From a virus (Duplodnaviria > Caudoviricetes), in the IMG/VR virus record IMGVR_UViG_3300015607_004160: a stretch of 64,000 bases of DNA, one strand, 5' to 3'. Numbering within the stretch: the stretch's first letter is position 1; every line of letters starts with the position of its first letter. Below are positions 39,317-49,830 of the stretch, piece by piece. Position numbers and translations under genes: made by a program. The notes under the pieces were generated by a model, which saw nothing but the letters and a program-made list of their open reading frames with translations, ran no database searches and was not told the origin of the DNA.

Positions 39317-39844
39317 TTAGAAACTTACATCATAATATTCGAATTCTTTACCCTTTGAATTCACAAATAATAATTCATCTCTTTTAACTAAATTAAATTC
39401 AAAATATTTACTTGTTCTGAAGAGAGATCTGATAAATGGTATATCTTCACTATCAGTATTAATTCTATCGGAATCAACCATTAAGCAAAGAACCTTTTTA
39501 TCATCCTCTGTGCTATAGTTAACAATTTCATCTTGTGAATCTCTATCTACACCTTTTTTAGAATAGCATATAAATTTTGTTTCAAGTTCCTCACCAGATG
39601 GAATATGTTTAATTTTGATAACATCATCTGGCATGCAAGATTTATCCTCATTATTTAGATAAACTCTTATCCAAAAGAATACCTTTTGTTTTTCTGCAAT
39701 TTTTGTTCTTGGTTTAAAATCACCCTTAGAAAAATCAATCTTTTCTACATCAATTGATTTAATTTCCTCGACTAAGGTATCTTGATATCCTTGTGATTTT
39801 TTATTGTCTAATATTTCTTTTCTACTTGGAAAAATGTCATCCAT
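39317..39844 (-). CDS. hypothetical protein
   Basis: 175-aa ORF. Confidence 0.7.
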   Translation of the reverse strand: MDDIFPSRKEILDNKKSQGYQDTLVEEIKSIDVEKIDFSKGDFKPRTKIAEKQKVFFWIRVYLNNEDKSCMPDDVIKIKHIPSGEELETKFICYSKKGVDRDSQDEIVNYSTEDDKKVLCLMVDSDRINTDSEDIPFIRSLFRTSKYFEFNLVKRDELLFVNSKGKEFEYYDVSF

Positions 39845-39882
39845 ATTTATTAATAATTTTTAATTTATATGGATTATATATG

Positions 39883-41832
39883 TTATTGTTTAAATTGGCT
39901 ATAATTAGATAGATAATAGTAAAATATGTAAGCTTCTTTCATATTTGAATTTATAATTCTTTGTATTAATCTTTCACAAGTCCCTGCTATTGAATAAGCA
40001 ATTTGTTTTGCTTTTTCTGGATCTATGTCTTTATGATTTTCTACTACCTTGCCTATTATTGTATTCAAGTCATCTCCTCTATAAATATTTGATAAATACT
40101 TTCCATTAATTATAGGATTAAGTGAGAAGTATTTTACCTCATCTTTATAATTTACAACCTCAGGCCACCCAATTCTATTTTTTAAAAGTTCAAATACCTG
40201 ATCAAATTCTGATTCTATCAGTTTTCTATATTCTTCCATAATTTTATCATGATCACCATTAAATTTCTCATATAGCTCATTATTAGTTCTATAAAAGTCA
40301 TTTAGTCTAAGTAAATCATTTGCCTCATTGAGCTCTGTAATTTTCAAATCAATATATTTCTTATCAACACCCTCTATGGAATTTAATTTTTCCATAAATT
40401 CCTTATACCTAACATTTCTATAAACATTTTGATAGTAGTTACGTTTTGATTCTACATCAAAATGTTCTGACAATTTGAATCCAAATACTTTAGAATCTAT
40501 TTCTGGTGATGCAAAGTAGGATGACTTATAGATTTTCTTATAATCTTCTTCTGATTCTTCTAAAATAGTATAAACAAAGACAGCTTTGCTTTTTAAATAA
40601 TATAATCCGTTATGTTCAAATAGTAATTCCTTTAAGTAATAATTTCCAGTGAGCTCATCAGCCTCATATACTTCTCGATATTTACTATCATCTGGATACC
40701 AATCTCTATTTTTACCATTGTCATCCATAAAAACTTCAATAGCATCTCTTGAGTCTAAATAGTCATTAATAGCTTTTGATTTAACTGCATTATCTGCATA
40801 TAAATGTGAGTCATAATAATCACTCCAAACAGTCATATGTTCAGGCAAATAGCTACGTAATTTCTCAGACCAAACACATTCATCTTCTGGCCATGACTCA
40901 TCTATATATTCACAATATCTTTGATCTTGCCTATCGGCACTACCATCAGTTTCTTGTAAATAAAATAATTTTTTTCTATCTACGTTATTAGGTTCATAAT
41001 TATATAATTTTTGTTCACCAGCATGAAAGTAAACAAACGAATCCATGTAAGGATATTCACCATAGTCTGATGTTGGTCCCAATTTAATTTCAAATCTACC
41101 CCTACTTGTAAAAAAAACAACATTTTTATCTTTGAATTTCTCCTTTACCCATGACTGTAACAATCCAGTATCCGAATCGTTTGTATAGTAAACCCTATCC
41201 AAATAAATCGAATTATCTGTTGTTTCCCATAATAAGGCTCTTGATAGAAGTTTATTTTTTTCATCTACTTGTATTACTAATTTACAAACATCTGGATTTT
41301 TAACGTAGATATTAAGATAACCCTGAGCCTCTTCATATCTCATACAAGATTTTCCTAAACTTCCCTTACCCCTTCTAGTGTCTATACAATATCTCTCATC
41401 AAAGTACCAATATCTAATATCCTCACCACTAACTATTCTTATTGAATCCTCTTGTGTATTAATTTTATCATAAGCCGCTTTAAATCCATTAACAAAATTC
41501 TCCATTTCTTTATCCGTTTTACTAATTCCATTATCATTTAATATTGAACGACATATTCTACCAATAGAAGTTGTGTTAGCTTTACTTAAAAATAAAGCTG
41601 GTAAATTTATAGATTTTAGTTTTGTAGTTGCCTGATTATCAGGTATAAATGAAACAGTATCATTTTTATCTGTTGTCTTAAGTATATTATAGTTGGTCTT
41701 AATATCTTTATCAATTAATGATAGTAAATCTTTAGCTGTTGGATCACTCATGGATGATAAAACAGTCTTAAATTCATCAGATGTATGTAAAATAGACTCT
41801 AACAAAAAATCACTATATGTCTTTAATTTCAC
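39883..41832 (-). CDS. hypothetical protein, SCM/RALLW/DRVY family paralog 1
   Basis: GSLGKSCM, RALLW, YLDRVY, YPYMDS. Confidence 0.8.
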   Translation of the reverse strand: MKLKTYSDFLLESILHTSDEFKTVLSSMSDPTAKDLLSLIDKDIKTNYNILKTTDKNDTVSFIPDNQATTKLKSINLPALFLSKANTTSIGRICRSILNDNGISKTDKEMENFVNGFKAAYDKINTQEDSIRIVSGEDIRYWYFDERYCIDTRRGKGSLGKSCMRYEEAQGYLNIYVKNPDVCKLVIQVDEKNKLLSRALLWETTDNSIYLDRVYYTNDSDTGLLQSWVKEKFKDKNVVFFTSRGRFEIKLGPTSDYGEYPYMDSFVYFHAGEQKLYNYEPNNVDRKKLFYLQETDGSADRQDQRYCEYIDESWPEDECVWSEKLRSYLPEHMTVWSDYYDSHLYADNAVKSKAINDYLDSRDAIEVFMDDNGKNRDWYPDDSKYREVYEADELTGNYYLKELLFEHNGLYYLKSKAVFVYTILEESEEDYKKIYKSSYFASPEIDSKVFGFKLSEHFDVESKRNYYQNVYRNVRYKEFMEKLNSIEGVDKKYIDLKITELNEANDLLRLNDFYRTNNELYEKFNGDHDKIMEEYRKLIESEFDQVFELLKNRIGWPEVVNYKDEVKYFSLNPIINGKYLSNIYRGDDLNTIIGKVVENHKDIDPEKAKQIAYSIAGTCERLIQRIINSNMKEAYIFYYYLSNYSQFKQ

Positions 41833-41874
41833 TTTTAAGTTGTATGGTTTTAATATATATATTAAAATTTAACA

Positions 41875-42645
41875 GTGAATATGATATCCAAATTTCTAGA
41901 ATTTAAAGACGAGTCTGCACAAGCTCAACCAGAAGAGTTTAAGCCTATTAAGTCTTTTTATCTAAAAGATGAATTAAATTCTAAAATATGGACTGATTTT
42001 GAGATTAATGATGAGGTTAGAGAAAAATTATCACAAATCGCCAATGATTATATAGAGCATATGGATATTGGTGATATAGAAATTAAGGATATTATATTAA
42101 CCGGATCATTAGCAAATTACAACTGGAGTGAATATTCCGACTTTGATTTGCATGTGCTTTTTGACTTTACTCAAATAAATGATGATATTGAATTAGTTGG
42201 TAAGTATTTAGCAGCCGCTGGCAAATTATGGAATGAGGAACATGACATTTTAATTTTAGGATATGAAGTAGAGTTATATTCACAAGATACAAGTGAGGAA
42301 CATATATCAAGTGGTCAATTTTCAATATTGAATAATAAATGGATTAAAAAGCCAACTAAAGAAGACTTTGAACCAGATGAAGATTTAATAAAGAAAAAAG
42401 CTGGTATGATAATGGATCGAATTGATGATTTAGAAATAGATTATGAAAATCACTTTTCATATAGTGTGCTTTCTGAAAAAATTAAAAAGGTGTGGAAAAA
42501 GGTTAAAGATAATAGGCAAAAAGGATTAGATAAAGAAGGGGAATTTTCTATTGAAAATTTGGTATTTAAGTTAATGAGAAGAAATGGATATATTAAAAAA
42601 TTAATAGACTTGAGAAATAAAGTCTATGATAAACAATTTAAATAA
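41875..42645 (+). CDS. Pol-beta-superfamily nucleotidyltransferase
   Basis: LTGSLANYNWSEYSDFDLH, VELY, GEFS.ENLVFK..R. Confidence 0.78.
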   Translation: MNMISKFLEFKDESAQAQPEEFKPIKSFYLKDELNSKIWTDFEINDEVREKLSQIANDYIEHMDIGDIEIKDIILTGSLANYNWSEYSDFDLHVLFDFTQINDDIELVGKYLAAAGKLWNEEHDILILGYEVELYSQDTSEEHISSGQFSILNNKWIKKPTKEDFEPDEDLIKKKAGMIMDRIDDLEIDYENHFSYSVLSEKIKKVWKKVKDNRQKGLDKEGEFSIENLVFKLMRRNGYIKKLIDLRNKVYDKQFK

Positions 42646-42647
42646 TT

Positions 42648-43340
42648 ATGGCAAGCATAAGAATCGCAGAAATAGAAGAAGTTTTTAAAGAAATATTTGA
42701 TGAAGAAGAAGGAAAGGTAAGCTCAGTAGAAACTGTTTATGAAGAGTCTGACAATGAGGATTATTATAAGCTCGTTGTATCTATACATAATCTTTCTATA
42801 AAAGAAACTCTTATTATACATACAAAATTTATCTTTAAAACAGACAAACATAAACATTTTGTTACAGATGAATCTTTTATTTATCTATATGATATTAATT
42901 GTGTTTATCATAAAGTAGATTTTGAAAATATTGTTGATTTGAAAGATAAAATTGAAAATATTGTTGAGTCTAATAATTTTGGACTTGATATTCAAATATT
43001 ATCTGATTTTATTGAAGCCCCAGCTATGTTTTTAAATTATTATATGAAAAAATCAAATATTACTGATTATTCAATATTTGATGTAACATATGATCCAAAA
43101 TTCAAAACTGTTCCTTGTGATCAAGTTACTTTTGATTTTGATATTAATATCAATAATAATTATACAATAAATTTATCAATTAAGAAACTGGATAGAAAAG
43201 AGGATGAAGATTATGATACATATAAACTTCATTTCACTTTCTTAGATGACCATGAAACTGTTGAAGTCGATACTCTTAAGAATATTCACTTTACAATAGG
43301 TTCAACCATAGCTAAAATGTTAGATGAAAAATTAAAATGA
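42648..43340 (+). CDS. hypothetical protein
   Basis: 230-aa ORF. Confidence 0.7.
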   Translation: MASIRIAEIEEVFKEIFDEEEGKVSSVETVYEESDNEDYYKLVVSIHNLSIKETLIIHTKFIFKTDKHKHFVTDESFIYLYDINCVYHKVDFENIVDLKDKIENIVESNNFGLDIQILSDFIEAPAMFLNYYMKKSNITDYSIFDVTYDPKFKTVPCDQVTFDFDININNNYTINLSIKKLDRKEDEDYDTYKLHFTFLDDHETVEVDTLKNIHFTIGSTIAKMLDEKLK

Positions 43341-44065
43341 TAACTAAATTTGATCAATTTTATAATATAAATGAGAATTGGCAATCCGAATTAAAAGAGG
43401 GTGCTATAGAGTTAATAAAAGACCATATAACCCCCGATGAAATTGAGGATTATTTTTTGGATCTAAGAGATATTGGATTTACATTTAATACAGATTTGCT
43501 AATTGGATATGGTGAAAAAAATAGTTTTAGAATAGTTGATCAAAAAAGAGATATAGTTCAAAATCAATGCTACCCTTGTTATAGAGTTAGGGTAAATAAA
43601 GATATAACGTCTTCAAATACACTCAATAGTACAAAAAAGAAGTTAGAATTTTTTACTAATGTTGTGAACAAATACCAGTTAGCCTTTGATAGAATATCAT
43701 CTATACATGATACAGAAGTAGTTGCTGAACAGTGTGATATAAATAACAATGGCATTAGACTTGAGTTTAAGTTAAAGATAAATGTTGAAATACCTAAAAA
43801 TTATGGGGAAATCAGCCCGAAAAGAAAAGCATTAATAGAAAGAAAAATGCCTTATACTAGGGTTATGAGTATATTAACTAATAATAAAATATTTAATATT
43901 ATCAAAGGTGTTCAAGATAAGTCAATAACATTTGAAGTAGATTATGATAATCCGGACGCAGATAGAATTGTCAGAAGCATTTTTCGCCTTTTTAATAATT
44001 CAATTCAGTTAAGAAAAATAGAGGATAAGAGATATGAAATTACTATATTAAAAAATAATATATAG
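43337..44065 (+). CDS. hypothetical protein (MITKFDQF..INE)
   Basis: ORF. Confidence 0.7.
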   Translation: MITKFDQFYNINENWQSELKEGAIELIKDHITPDEIEDYFLDLRDIGFTFNTDLLIGYGEKNSFRIVDQKRDIVQNQCYPCYRVRVNKDITSSNTLNSTKKKLEFFTNVVNKYQLAFDRISSIHDTEVVAEQCDINNNGIRLEFKLKINVEIPKNYGEISPKRKALIERKMPYTRVMSILTNNKIFNIIKGVQDKSITFEVDYDNPDADRIVRSIFRLFNNSIQLRKIEDKRYEITILKNNI

Positions 44066-44086
44066 TTTATAAAATAAAAAATTATT

Positions 44087-44584
44087 ATGCCATATAATCC
44101 AAATGATCCAAATTTTCAAACAAAAAATTCGAGAGTTCTTAGTTTTAATGACTTTGAAGAAAATATTGGCAAAGAAAAGGAAGAATTAAAAAAGGTTAAT
44201 AGATCTTTTAAAAAACCCGATTCTGAGATAAATCAAACTCCAGGTAATCCTAAATTTAAATATAATAAGGTTACACATAAGATCGACACTTTATCTAAAG
44301 CTGAAGTGGAAGATGATCTTGATGCTATTGAGGACATGGGAGTTAAAGATAAAGGACACAAATACAAAATTGTTGAGGATTTAGAAACTGGTGGTGATCC
44401 AGATAATTACATGTTCTTTTCAAATTTGGAAACAATTAAAAGATTATCTGAAATGTTGTTAAATATGGATAGAGATAAAATTGATCAAGTTCTAAATGAA
44501 CATGATTGGGCTTCAGACCATATAGCAACTTCAAAAGATGATATTGAAGAAGTATTTAACTTCTTTGCATCAAAAAAAGACTAA
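44087..44584 (+). CDS. hypothetical protein
   Basis: NYMFF.NL and HDWA.DHI motifs. Confidence 0.7.
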   Translation: MPYNPNDPNFQTKNSRVLSFNDFEENIGKEKEELKKVNRSFKKPDSEINQTPGNPKFKYNKVTHKIDTLSKAEVEDDLDAIEDMGVKDKGHKYKIVEDLETGGDPDNYMFFSNLETIKRLSEMLLNMDRDKIDQVLNEHDWASDHIATSKDDIEEVFNFFASKKD

Positions 44585-44590
44585 ATAATA

Positions 44591-46126
44591 ATGAAAATGT
44601 TATCTAAATATGATGATTTTATACTTGAGCAGGCATTAACGATGATTAATGAATCAGAAATTGTCTATTCTCAAAAATTTAGAAATTTATTAAAAGGAAT
44701 TGATTCACCTGTTGCTAAATCATTAGTTGATATAGAATCAAAGGATTTAAAAGTTCCTTCTAACTATTTTGATATTGCTGATAATAAAGACACTATATCT
44801 TTTATAGCGGATAGAAAAGCTCAAGAAATTTTAGGCGAGTCTAAAGGTAAATATGTACTTTATAAAAATGGTCCTATATTAACACATAATATAGAACAAA
44901 ATGGTAGAATATTTGATTTATTAGGATATATTCCTAAAGGTGATACTGGATATAAGCCAGAAGATGAAGAAAGGGGAGAAATAATTAAAAAAGCAATATC
45001 TCCGAGTAGTGGGAAAACCTACTTATATGTTAAGTTTGAAGATGGTGAGTGTGTAATAAATGAGCAAAACATCACTTATGATGAAAATACAGAGGTATGG
45101 TCTAAAAATAGACAATCGGTTCGAACTGGTAGAGGAATAAGAGCATTATTAGCTGCATCTGGATCTTCATTTAAAGATGCTGAAATTGAAGACTTTGTCA
45201 ATAAATACAAATCAGCCTATGATAGAATGAATGATATTTTTAGAAGCTTCGAGTTGGTCTCTGGTGATGATATCGGACACTTTTATAACTCTAAAAATTA
45301 TTTACATGGAACAAATAGAGGAACATTAGGAAATTCGTGTATGGCAACTGTCCCTGTATCATTTTTTCAAATTTATACAAAAAATCCAGAGGTTTGTAGT
45401 TTATTAATACTTAGAAGTGATGATAATCCGGATAAAATAAAAGGTAGAGCACTTGTTTGGAAATTAAGTGATCCTGAAATAATATTTATGGATAGAATCT
45501 ACACACAAGATGACTCTGATGTACAATTATTTAAAGATTATGCAAAGTCTAAAAAATGGTTTAGTAAAAAAAGAAACGATAGTAGTCCTGAAGGAACAGT
45601 AATATCTCCAGAAGGAAAAGAAATTTACCATGATGAACTATCCGTTAAAATTAATAATAGTATTGTTTATACAAAATTTCCTTATGTAGATACATTAAAA
45701 AATTTTGATAGCGATAATGGTATATTAAGCACCGATGATATTCGTGGATCAAAATGCTTAGAAAGTACCAGTGGTGGATATGAAGGGTCAAATAATGACT
45801 GTGATAGATGTGATGGAGAGGGAAGAATTGAATGTTATGAATGTGATGGTGAAGGTAGAGTTGAGTGTTCCGAATGTGATGGCAATCGAACAGTTGATTG
45901 TAGAGACTGTGATGGAGAGGGTAAAGTTGATTGTGACTCATGTGATGGCGAAGGTGTGGATGACGATGGTGTAAAATGTGAAGATTGTAAAGGTAAGGGT
46001 AAAGTTGATTGTGATGAATGTAGTGGTGGAGGTGAAGTTGATTGCTCCGAATGTGATGGCCGTGGAAGGCATACATGTAACCGTTGTGATGGTGACGGTA
46101 TGATAAATTGCCCAGATTGTAACTAA
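44591..46126 (+). CDS. SCM/RALVW/DRIY family paralog 2 with a C-terminal DnaJ-type CxxCxGxG array
   Basis: GTLGNSCM, GRALVW, MDRIY, FPYVDT; 10 CxxC units from 45800. Confidence 0.8.
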   Translation: MKMLSKYDDFILEQALTMINESEIVYSQKFRNLLKGIDSPVAKSLVDIESKDLKVPSNYFDIADNKDTISFIADRKAQEILGESKGKYVLYKNGPILTHNIEQNGRIFDLLGYIPKGDTGYKPEDEERGEIIKKAISPSSGKTYLYVKFEDGECVINEQNITYDENTEVWSKNRQSVRTGRGIRALLAASGSSFKDAEIEDFVNKYKSAYDRMNDIFRSFELVSGDDIGHFYNSKNYLHGTNRGTLGNSCMATVPVSFFQIYTKNPEVCSLLILRSDDNPDKIKGRALVWKLSDPEIIFMDRIYTQDDSDVQLFKDYAKSKKWFSKKRNDSSPEGTVISPEGKEIYHDELSVKINNSIVYTKFPYVDTLKNFDSDNGILSTDDIRGSKCLESTSGGYEGSNNDCDRCDGEGRIECYECDGEGRVECSECDGNRTVDCRDCDGEGKVDCDSCDGEGVDDDGVKCEDCKGKGKVDCDECSGGGEVDCSECDGRGRHTCNRCDGDGMINCPDCN

Positions 46127-47038
46127 TTAAAGCTTTTCTCCTGTTTCAGGATTATAATTCATTATTAAAAGTTCAACACCCTTGGACTTATTTTCTGAAA
46201 ATGATGATGATGATCTATGAAACTCTTTTGATGTCCAATGATATTTATCTTTGGGAAACCATTCTTCCAACTCTTTAAAATAATAGTAAGATAAAGACCA
46301 TCTTGACTTACATTTTTGTAATGTCTTTGCCAATCTTTCATGTGACTCATCACCAAATATATTTTTAGATCCATAATCTTGATCATGTGTCCCAATACCA
46401 TCCGTATATTTGTAAGGAGGATCTAAGTATAAATAGGTATCTTCTCTATCACATTTATTAATCAGTTCCTCAAAATCTAAATTTTTAATATATGATATAC
46501 CCGTTAGCTTTTTTTGAAATTCTTCCTTTTTTAATTTATTTATAAGTGTTGTTAGCTTTAATTTACCAGAACTAGAGAATCCTGAAAATCCAGCTCCCCT
46601 TGCGTGACAAGCGTTAAACGCTGATGTTATCATAAATGAATAAATTACACCCTTTTCGTAGTTTGGTATATCAAAATTTGGATCGTCGTAGAAATCACAT
46701 TTTTCCGGATTTTTTGTATTAGTATACAGATCACGATAATATTTTTTAATATCATCTTTATTAGTTTTATTACAATAAAGAAATCCACCTGGTTTAAATG
46801 ATTTATCAATTTCGAATATCATCTTATTGTGATCTTTACAACAAGCCATAAAATTGGTCTGCCACTTATTAGCATCATTATAAATGATCCTATCACAATG
46901 TGAAAAGTCCTCATTAAAATAAATTGCAAAAGATCCGCTGAATACTTCTACATATGTTTTAATATCCTTTGGAATATAAGAATATATCCATTCTGACATA
47001 GAGTTCTTGCCTCCAAAATATCCTGTAAGTGCAGCCAT
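46127..47038 (-). CDS. dam: DNA adenine methyltransferase (Dam/D12 class)
   Basis: YFGGK, YVEVFSGS, YLDPPY, ELLIMNY. Confidence 0.88.
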   Translation of the reverse strand: MAALTGYFGGKNSMSEWIYSYIPKDIKTYVEVFSGSFAIYFNEDFSHCDRIIYNDANKWQTNFMACCKDHNKMIFEIDKSFKPGGFLYCNKTNKDDIKKYYRDLYTNTKNPEKCDFYDDPNFDIPNYEKGVIYSFMITSAFNACHARGAGFSGFSSSGKLKLTTLINKLKKEEFQKKLTGISYIKNLDFEELINKCDREDTYLYLDPPYKYTDGIGTHDQDYGSKNIFGDESHERLAKTLQKCKSRWSLSYYYFKELEEWFPKDKYHWTSKEFHRSSSSFSENKSKGVELLIMNYNPETGEKL

Positions 47039-47061
47039 TTTAATTTTTTATTTTATATTTT

Positions 47062-47922
47062 TTATTTTATATACTCTTCTTTTATATAAGTTTTATATTT
47101 ACTCAATAGTTCTATACAATCATTATCCATATTATTATGTCTTGATATATTCATTCTTTTATTATAAGGTCTTAAATTCTCTAAAGAGTTTACAATTTCA
47201 CAGGGAGTATCATCTTTAAAATAGCTCAAATGTATTATATGATCTATATGCCAATTTGTACCATAGTTATCCCAATTCATATCATCAACAAACAAATTTG
47301 ATAAGTGATTTTTTATTTCCTCTGTTGAATATTTTAGTAAATTAAGTGTTTTATCATTCTTTTTTATATTTTTCCTAAGTAAATACCCTTTTAGTATATT
47401 TCTCCATGCTTTTACATGAGGATTTTTATTAAGCCTACTGTAATGTAATGAATTTCTACATAACCTACATATATGTTTATATCTACCATTTTTTACTAAA
47501 AATTCATCTAAACTATTATCTAAATTACATTTGATACAATTGATATATCCCCTTTCTTTAACTTCATTTGTAATAATATCATATTTATCTCTAATGGTTT
47601 CCTTCAAGAGTTTTGTATTTACATAGTTTTTATTTCCATATCTCTCTAAATTTGTTTTTTTTATTTTGAATTGTGCGCATATTGTGGAGCAGGTATATAT
47701 ACCATATTTAGAAATATTTTTATTGTATTTTTGATAGAAAATGATCTTTTCCTGATTACAAATATCACATTTCACCAATATTTTTAAATTTGATTCTTTT
47801 GGTAGATGTTCAATCGGGACAATAATTGATTGATTACATTTTATATTATCATATCCAATTGATGTATAATGATTTATGTTGAAATGGCTTATAGTCGTTT
47901 TTATTTCTTTACTTAAAATCAT
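47062..47922 (-). CDS. HNH homing endonuclease
   Basis: Zn ribbons; MNWDNYG..WHIDHI...SLENLRP....N. Confidence 0.78.
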   Translation of the reverse strand: MILSKEIKTTISHFNINHYTSIGYDNIKCNQSIIVPIEHLPKESNLKILVKCDICNQEKIIFYQKYNKNISKYGIYTCSTICAQFKIKKTNLERYGNKNYVNTKLLKETIRDKYDIITNEVKERGYINCIKCNLDNSLDEFLVKNGRYKHICRLCRNSLHYSRLNKNPHVKAWRNILKGYLLRKNIKKNDKTLNLLKYSTEEIKNHLSNLFVDDMNWDNYGTNWHIDHIIHLSYFKDDTPCEIVNSLENLRPYNKRMNISRHNNMDNDCIELLSKYKTYIKEEYIK

Positions 47923-47976
47923 AACTTATTTTCTTTTTAGTACTATAATTATATATTAAAAATAACTTATTCCCTT

Positions 47977-48150
47977 ATGGAAAAATACAAAGAAATTAAA
48001 AAAATATCCAGAAAGAGATATAACTCTGATAAGACTTACATTCAGGTATCAAAAAGTTTACATAAAAAAATTAAGGAATACTGTCTGAATAATAATTTGA
48101 AGATGAAAGACTTCATATCACACTCATTAGAAAAGTCAATAAAAGATTAA
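47977..48150 (+). CDS. small ribbon-helix-helix-like protein (57 aa)
   Basis: TYIQVSKSLHKKIKEYC..NNLKMKDFI pattern; below the track cut-off. Confidence 0.55.
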   Translation: MEKYKEIKKISRKRYNSDKTYIQVSKSLHKKIKEYCLNNNLKMKDFISHSLEKSIKD

Positions 48151-48386
48151 TAAACTATAATTATCTCCTCAGCTAATATGTGAACGGTTACTTCTGATAC
48201 TTTGGCTAAATACTCAACTATTTCACTTGAAATTTTATAAACTTCAGATATAGTTTTTAAATGACAAGAAGCATTACTATTTCCAATTTTTTTAATTAGA
48301 ATTTTAATTATATTTCTACCATCATATTTCATGGATTCTTTTTCTGCTGGTATCTTATCGTATAAATGTTTTATAAAATTATCCAT
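48147..48386 (-). CDS. hypothetical protein
   Basis: 79-aa ORF coupled to the upstream gene. Confidence 0.55.
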   Translation of the reverse strand: MDNFIKHLYDKIPAEKESMKYDGRNIIKILIKKIGNSNASCHLKTISEVYKISSEIVEYLAKVSEVTVHILAEEIIIVY

Positions 48387-49779
48387 TTTTATGTTTATAT
48401 TTTATGCCACTCCAGTTTATATCAGGTAGCTCTTTTTTAACCATAGATGTTACTTTATTTACCCATTTTGAATTATCGTCATAAAATTCAACTTTTTTAA
48501 ATCCTGACTTTTTTATAAGATCAACTATTGTTTTAGCCTTCCATAATGCTACTTTATCACTTGTTTGAGCCTTTGCTGGATAACAATGTAATCCATAATT
48601 TGGCATTTCTAAATTAAATTTATTCAAAGAATCAACTATTTTATCTTTTATGTCATTTGCTCTACCAGTAACTATAGCTTTATTCTCCACACTATTATAA
48701 AATTCTGATAAATTTGTTGTATCTATTGGTAGGCTCATATCTGTAAAATAAAACCTATCAGGAGGAATTAAATAAACCCTTTTCCCCTTTCTAACCCAAT
48801 TTCCCTTAACCTCTATTTCTTGATTAGGATCATCAACATATATCTTACCATTTTCCCATCTTAATTTATCCATTGTTACCCCAATTCTTCTATTTGAAGA
48901 TTGTAATAATGAACGAATAGTAACATCTTCTTTAAGATATTCAATTGCCAATTCTTCAAATCTTGGATTTAAAACTAATGTATCATCAAAATCAAATATG
49001 TATAAAGTATCGTCCTTTTTTGATTCTAATAAATAATGGCTAGTTGCGGATGGATTTATAACAATAATTTTAATAAATTTAAATTTTTGATTATATGGTT
49101 TACTTGGAGATATATTTTCTTCAATGATTGATTTATATCCAAATTTATTTATTCTATTAACATAATTTTTAATATTAGGCAAAGTACCATTTATTATAAT
49201 TTCCACCTCGAATTTTTTTGGAATAAATTTATAATCATATTCTTTCATATCATTTATTGGTGTTAATATTCCAACTTTATTTAATTTGTATTCATCAACA
49301 TATGTTTGAAATAAATCTTTTATATCATCAAACCATTTATTTTTAGTATCTATTACTGACTCATTTACTTTATTGGTAACACCTTTAATTGTTAAAAGTT
49401 TAGACAATCCATCTAATTGATCACAGTAATAATACTCACCATGTCTATTTGAATATTTAATGTCGTCGGTATTACATACCTCAACTATAAAATATTCATC
49501 TCTCTTCTTAGATATTATATACGTTTTATCTTTCCCAATGATCATAATTTGCGGAGCTTGATTTGAATACCCACGCTCATCATCCTTAAAAATATGAGAA
49601 TTGTTTATTCTATATTCTACTTTGTAGTCTTTGGATATTAAATTTAGGAGAAATTCATAATCACTTTTATAGAACTTTACCAAATTATTGAATCGTTCAT
49701 AATATTGTGAATTTGTCAATGATCCACAATAAAATTCAGATGATGACTCATTAAATTGAGAAAAATTTCGTATCTTCAT
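48379..49779 (-). CDS. multidomain protein: CDQ domain plus C-terminal HAD phosphatase
   Basis: YYYCDQLDGL; FDFDDTL, VTGR, K, FYDD. Confidence 0.75.
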   Translation of the reverse strand: MKIRNFSQFNESSSEFYCGSLTNSQYYERFNNLVKFYKSDYEFLLNLISKDYKVEYRINNSHIFKDDERGYSNQAPQIMIIGKDKTYIISKKRDEYFIVEVCNTDDIKYSNRHGEYYYCDQLDGLSKLLTIKGVTNKVNESVIDTKNKWFDDIKDLFQTYVDEYKLNKVGILTPINDMKEYDYKFIPKKFEVEIIINGTLPNIKNYVNRINKFGYKSIIEENISPSKPYNQKFKFIKIIVINPSATSHYLLESKKDDTLYIFDFDDTLVLNPRFEELAIEYLKEDVTIRSLLQSSNRRIGVTMDKLRWENGKIYVDDPNQEIEVKGNWVRKGKRVYLIPPDRFYFTDMSLPIDTTNLSEFYNSVENKAIVTGRANDIKDKIVDSLNKFNLEMPNYGLHCYPAKAQTSDKVALWKAKTIVDLIKKSGFKKVEFYDDNSKWVNKVTSMVKKELPDINWSGIKYKHKNG

Positions 49780-49830
49780 ATGTCTATATATTAAATTAAA
49801 CATCTAATTACTTTTTACATATATTATTGT

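Noticed and set aside
45800-46126. DnaJ chaperone
   Set aside because: Only CxxCxGxG repeats are present; there is no J-domain HPD motif.
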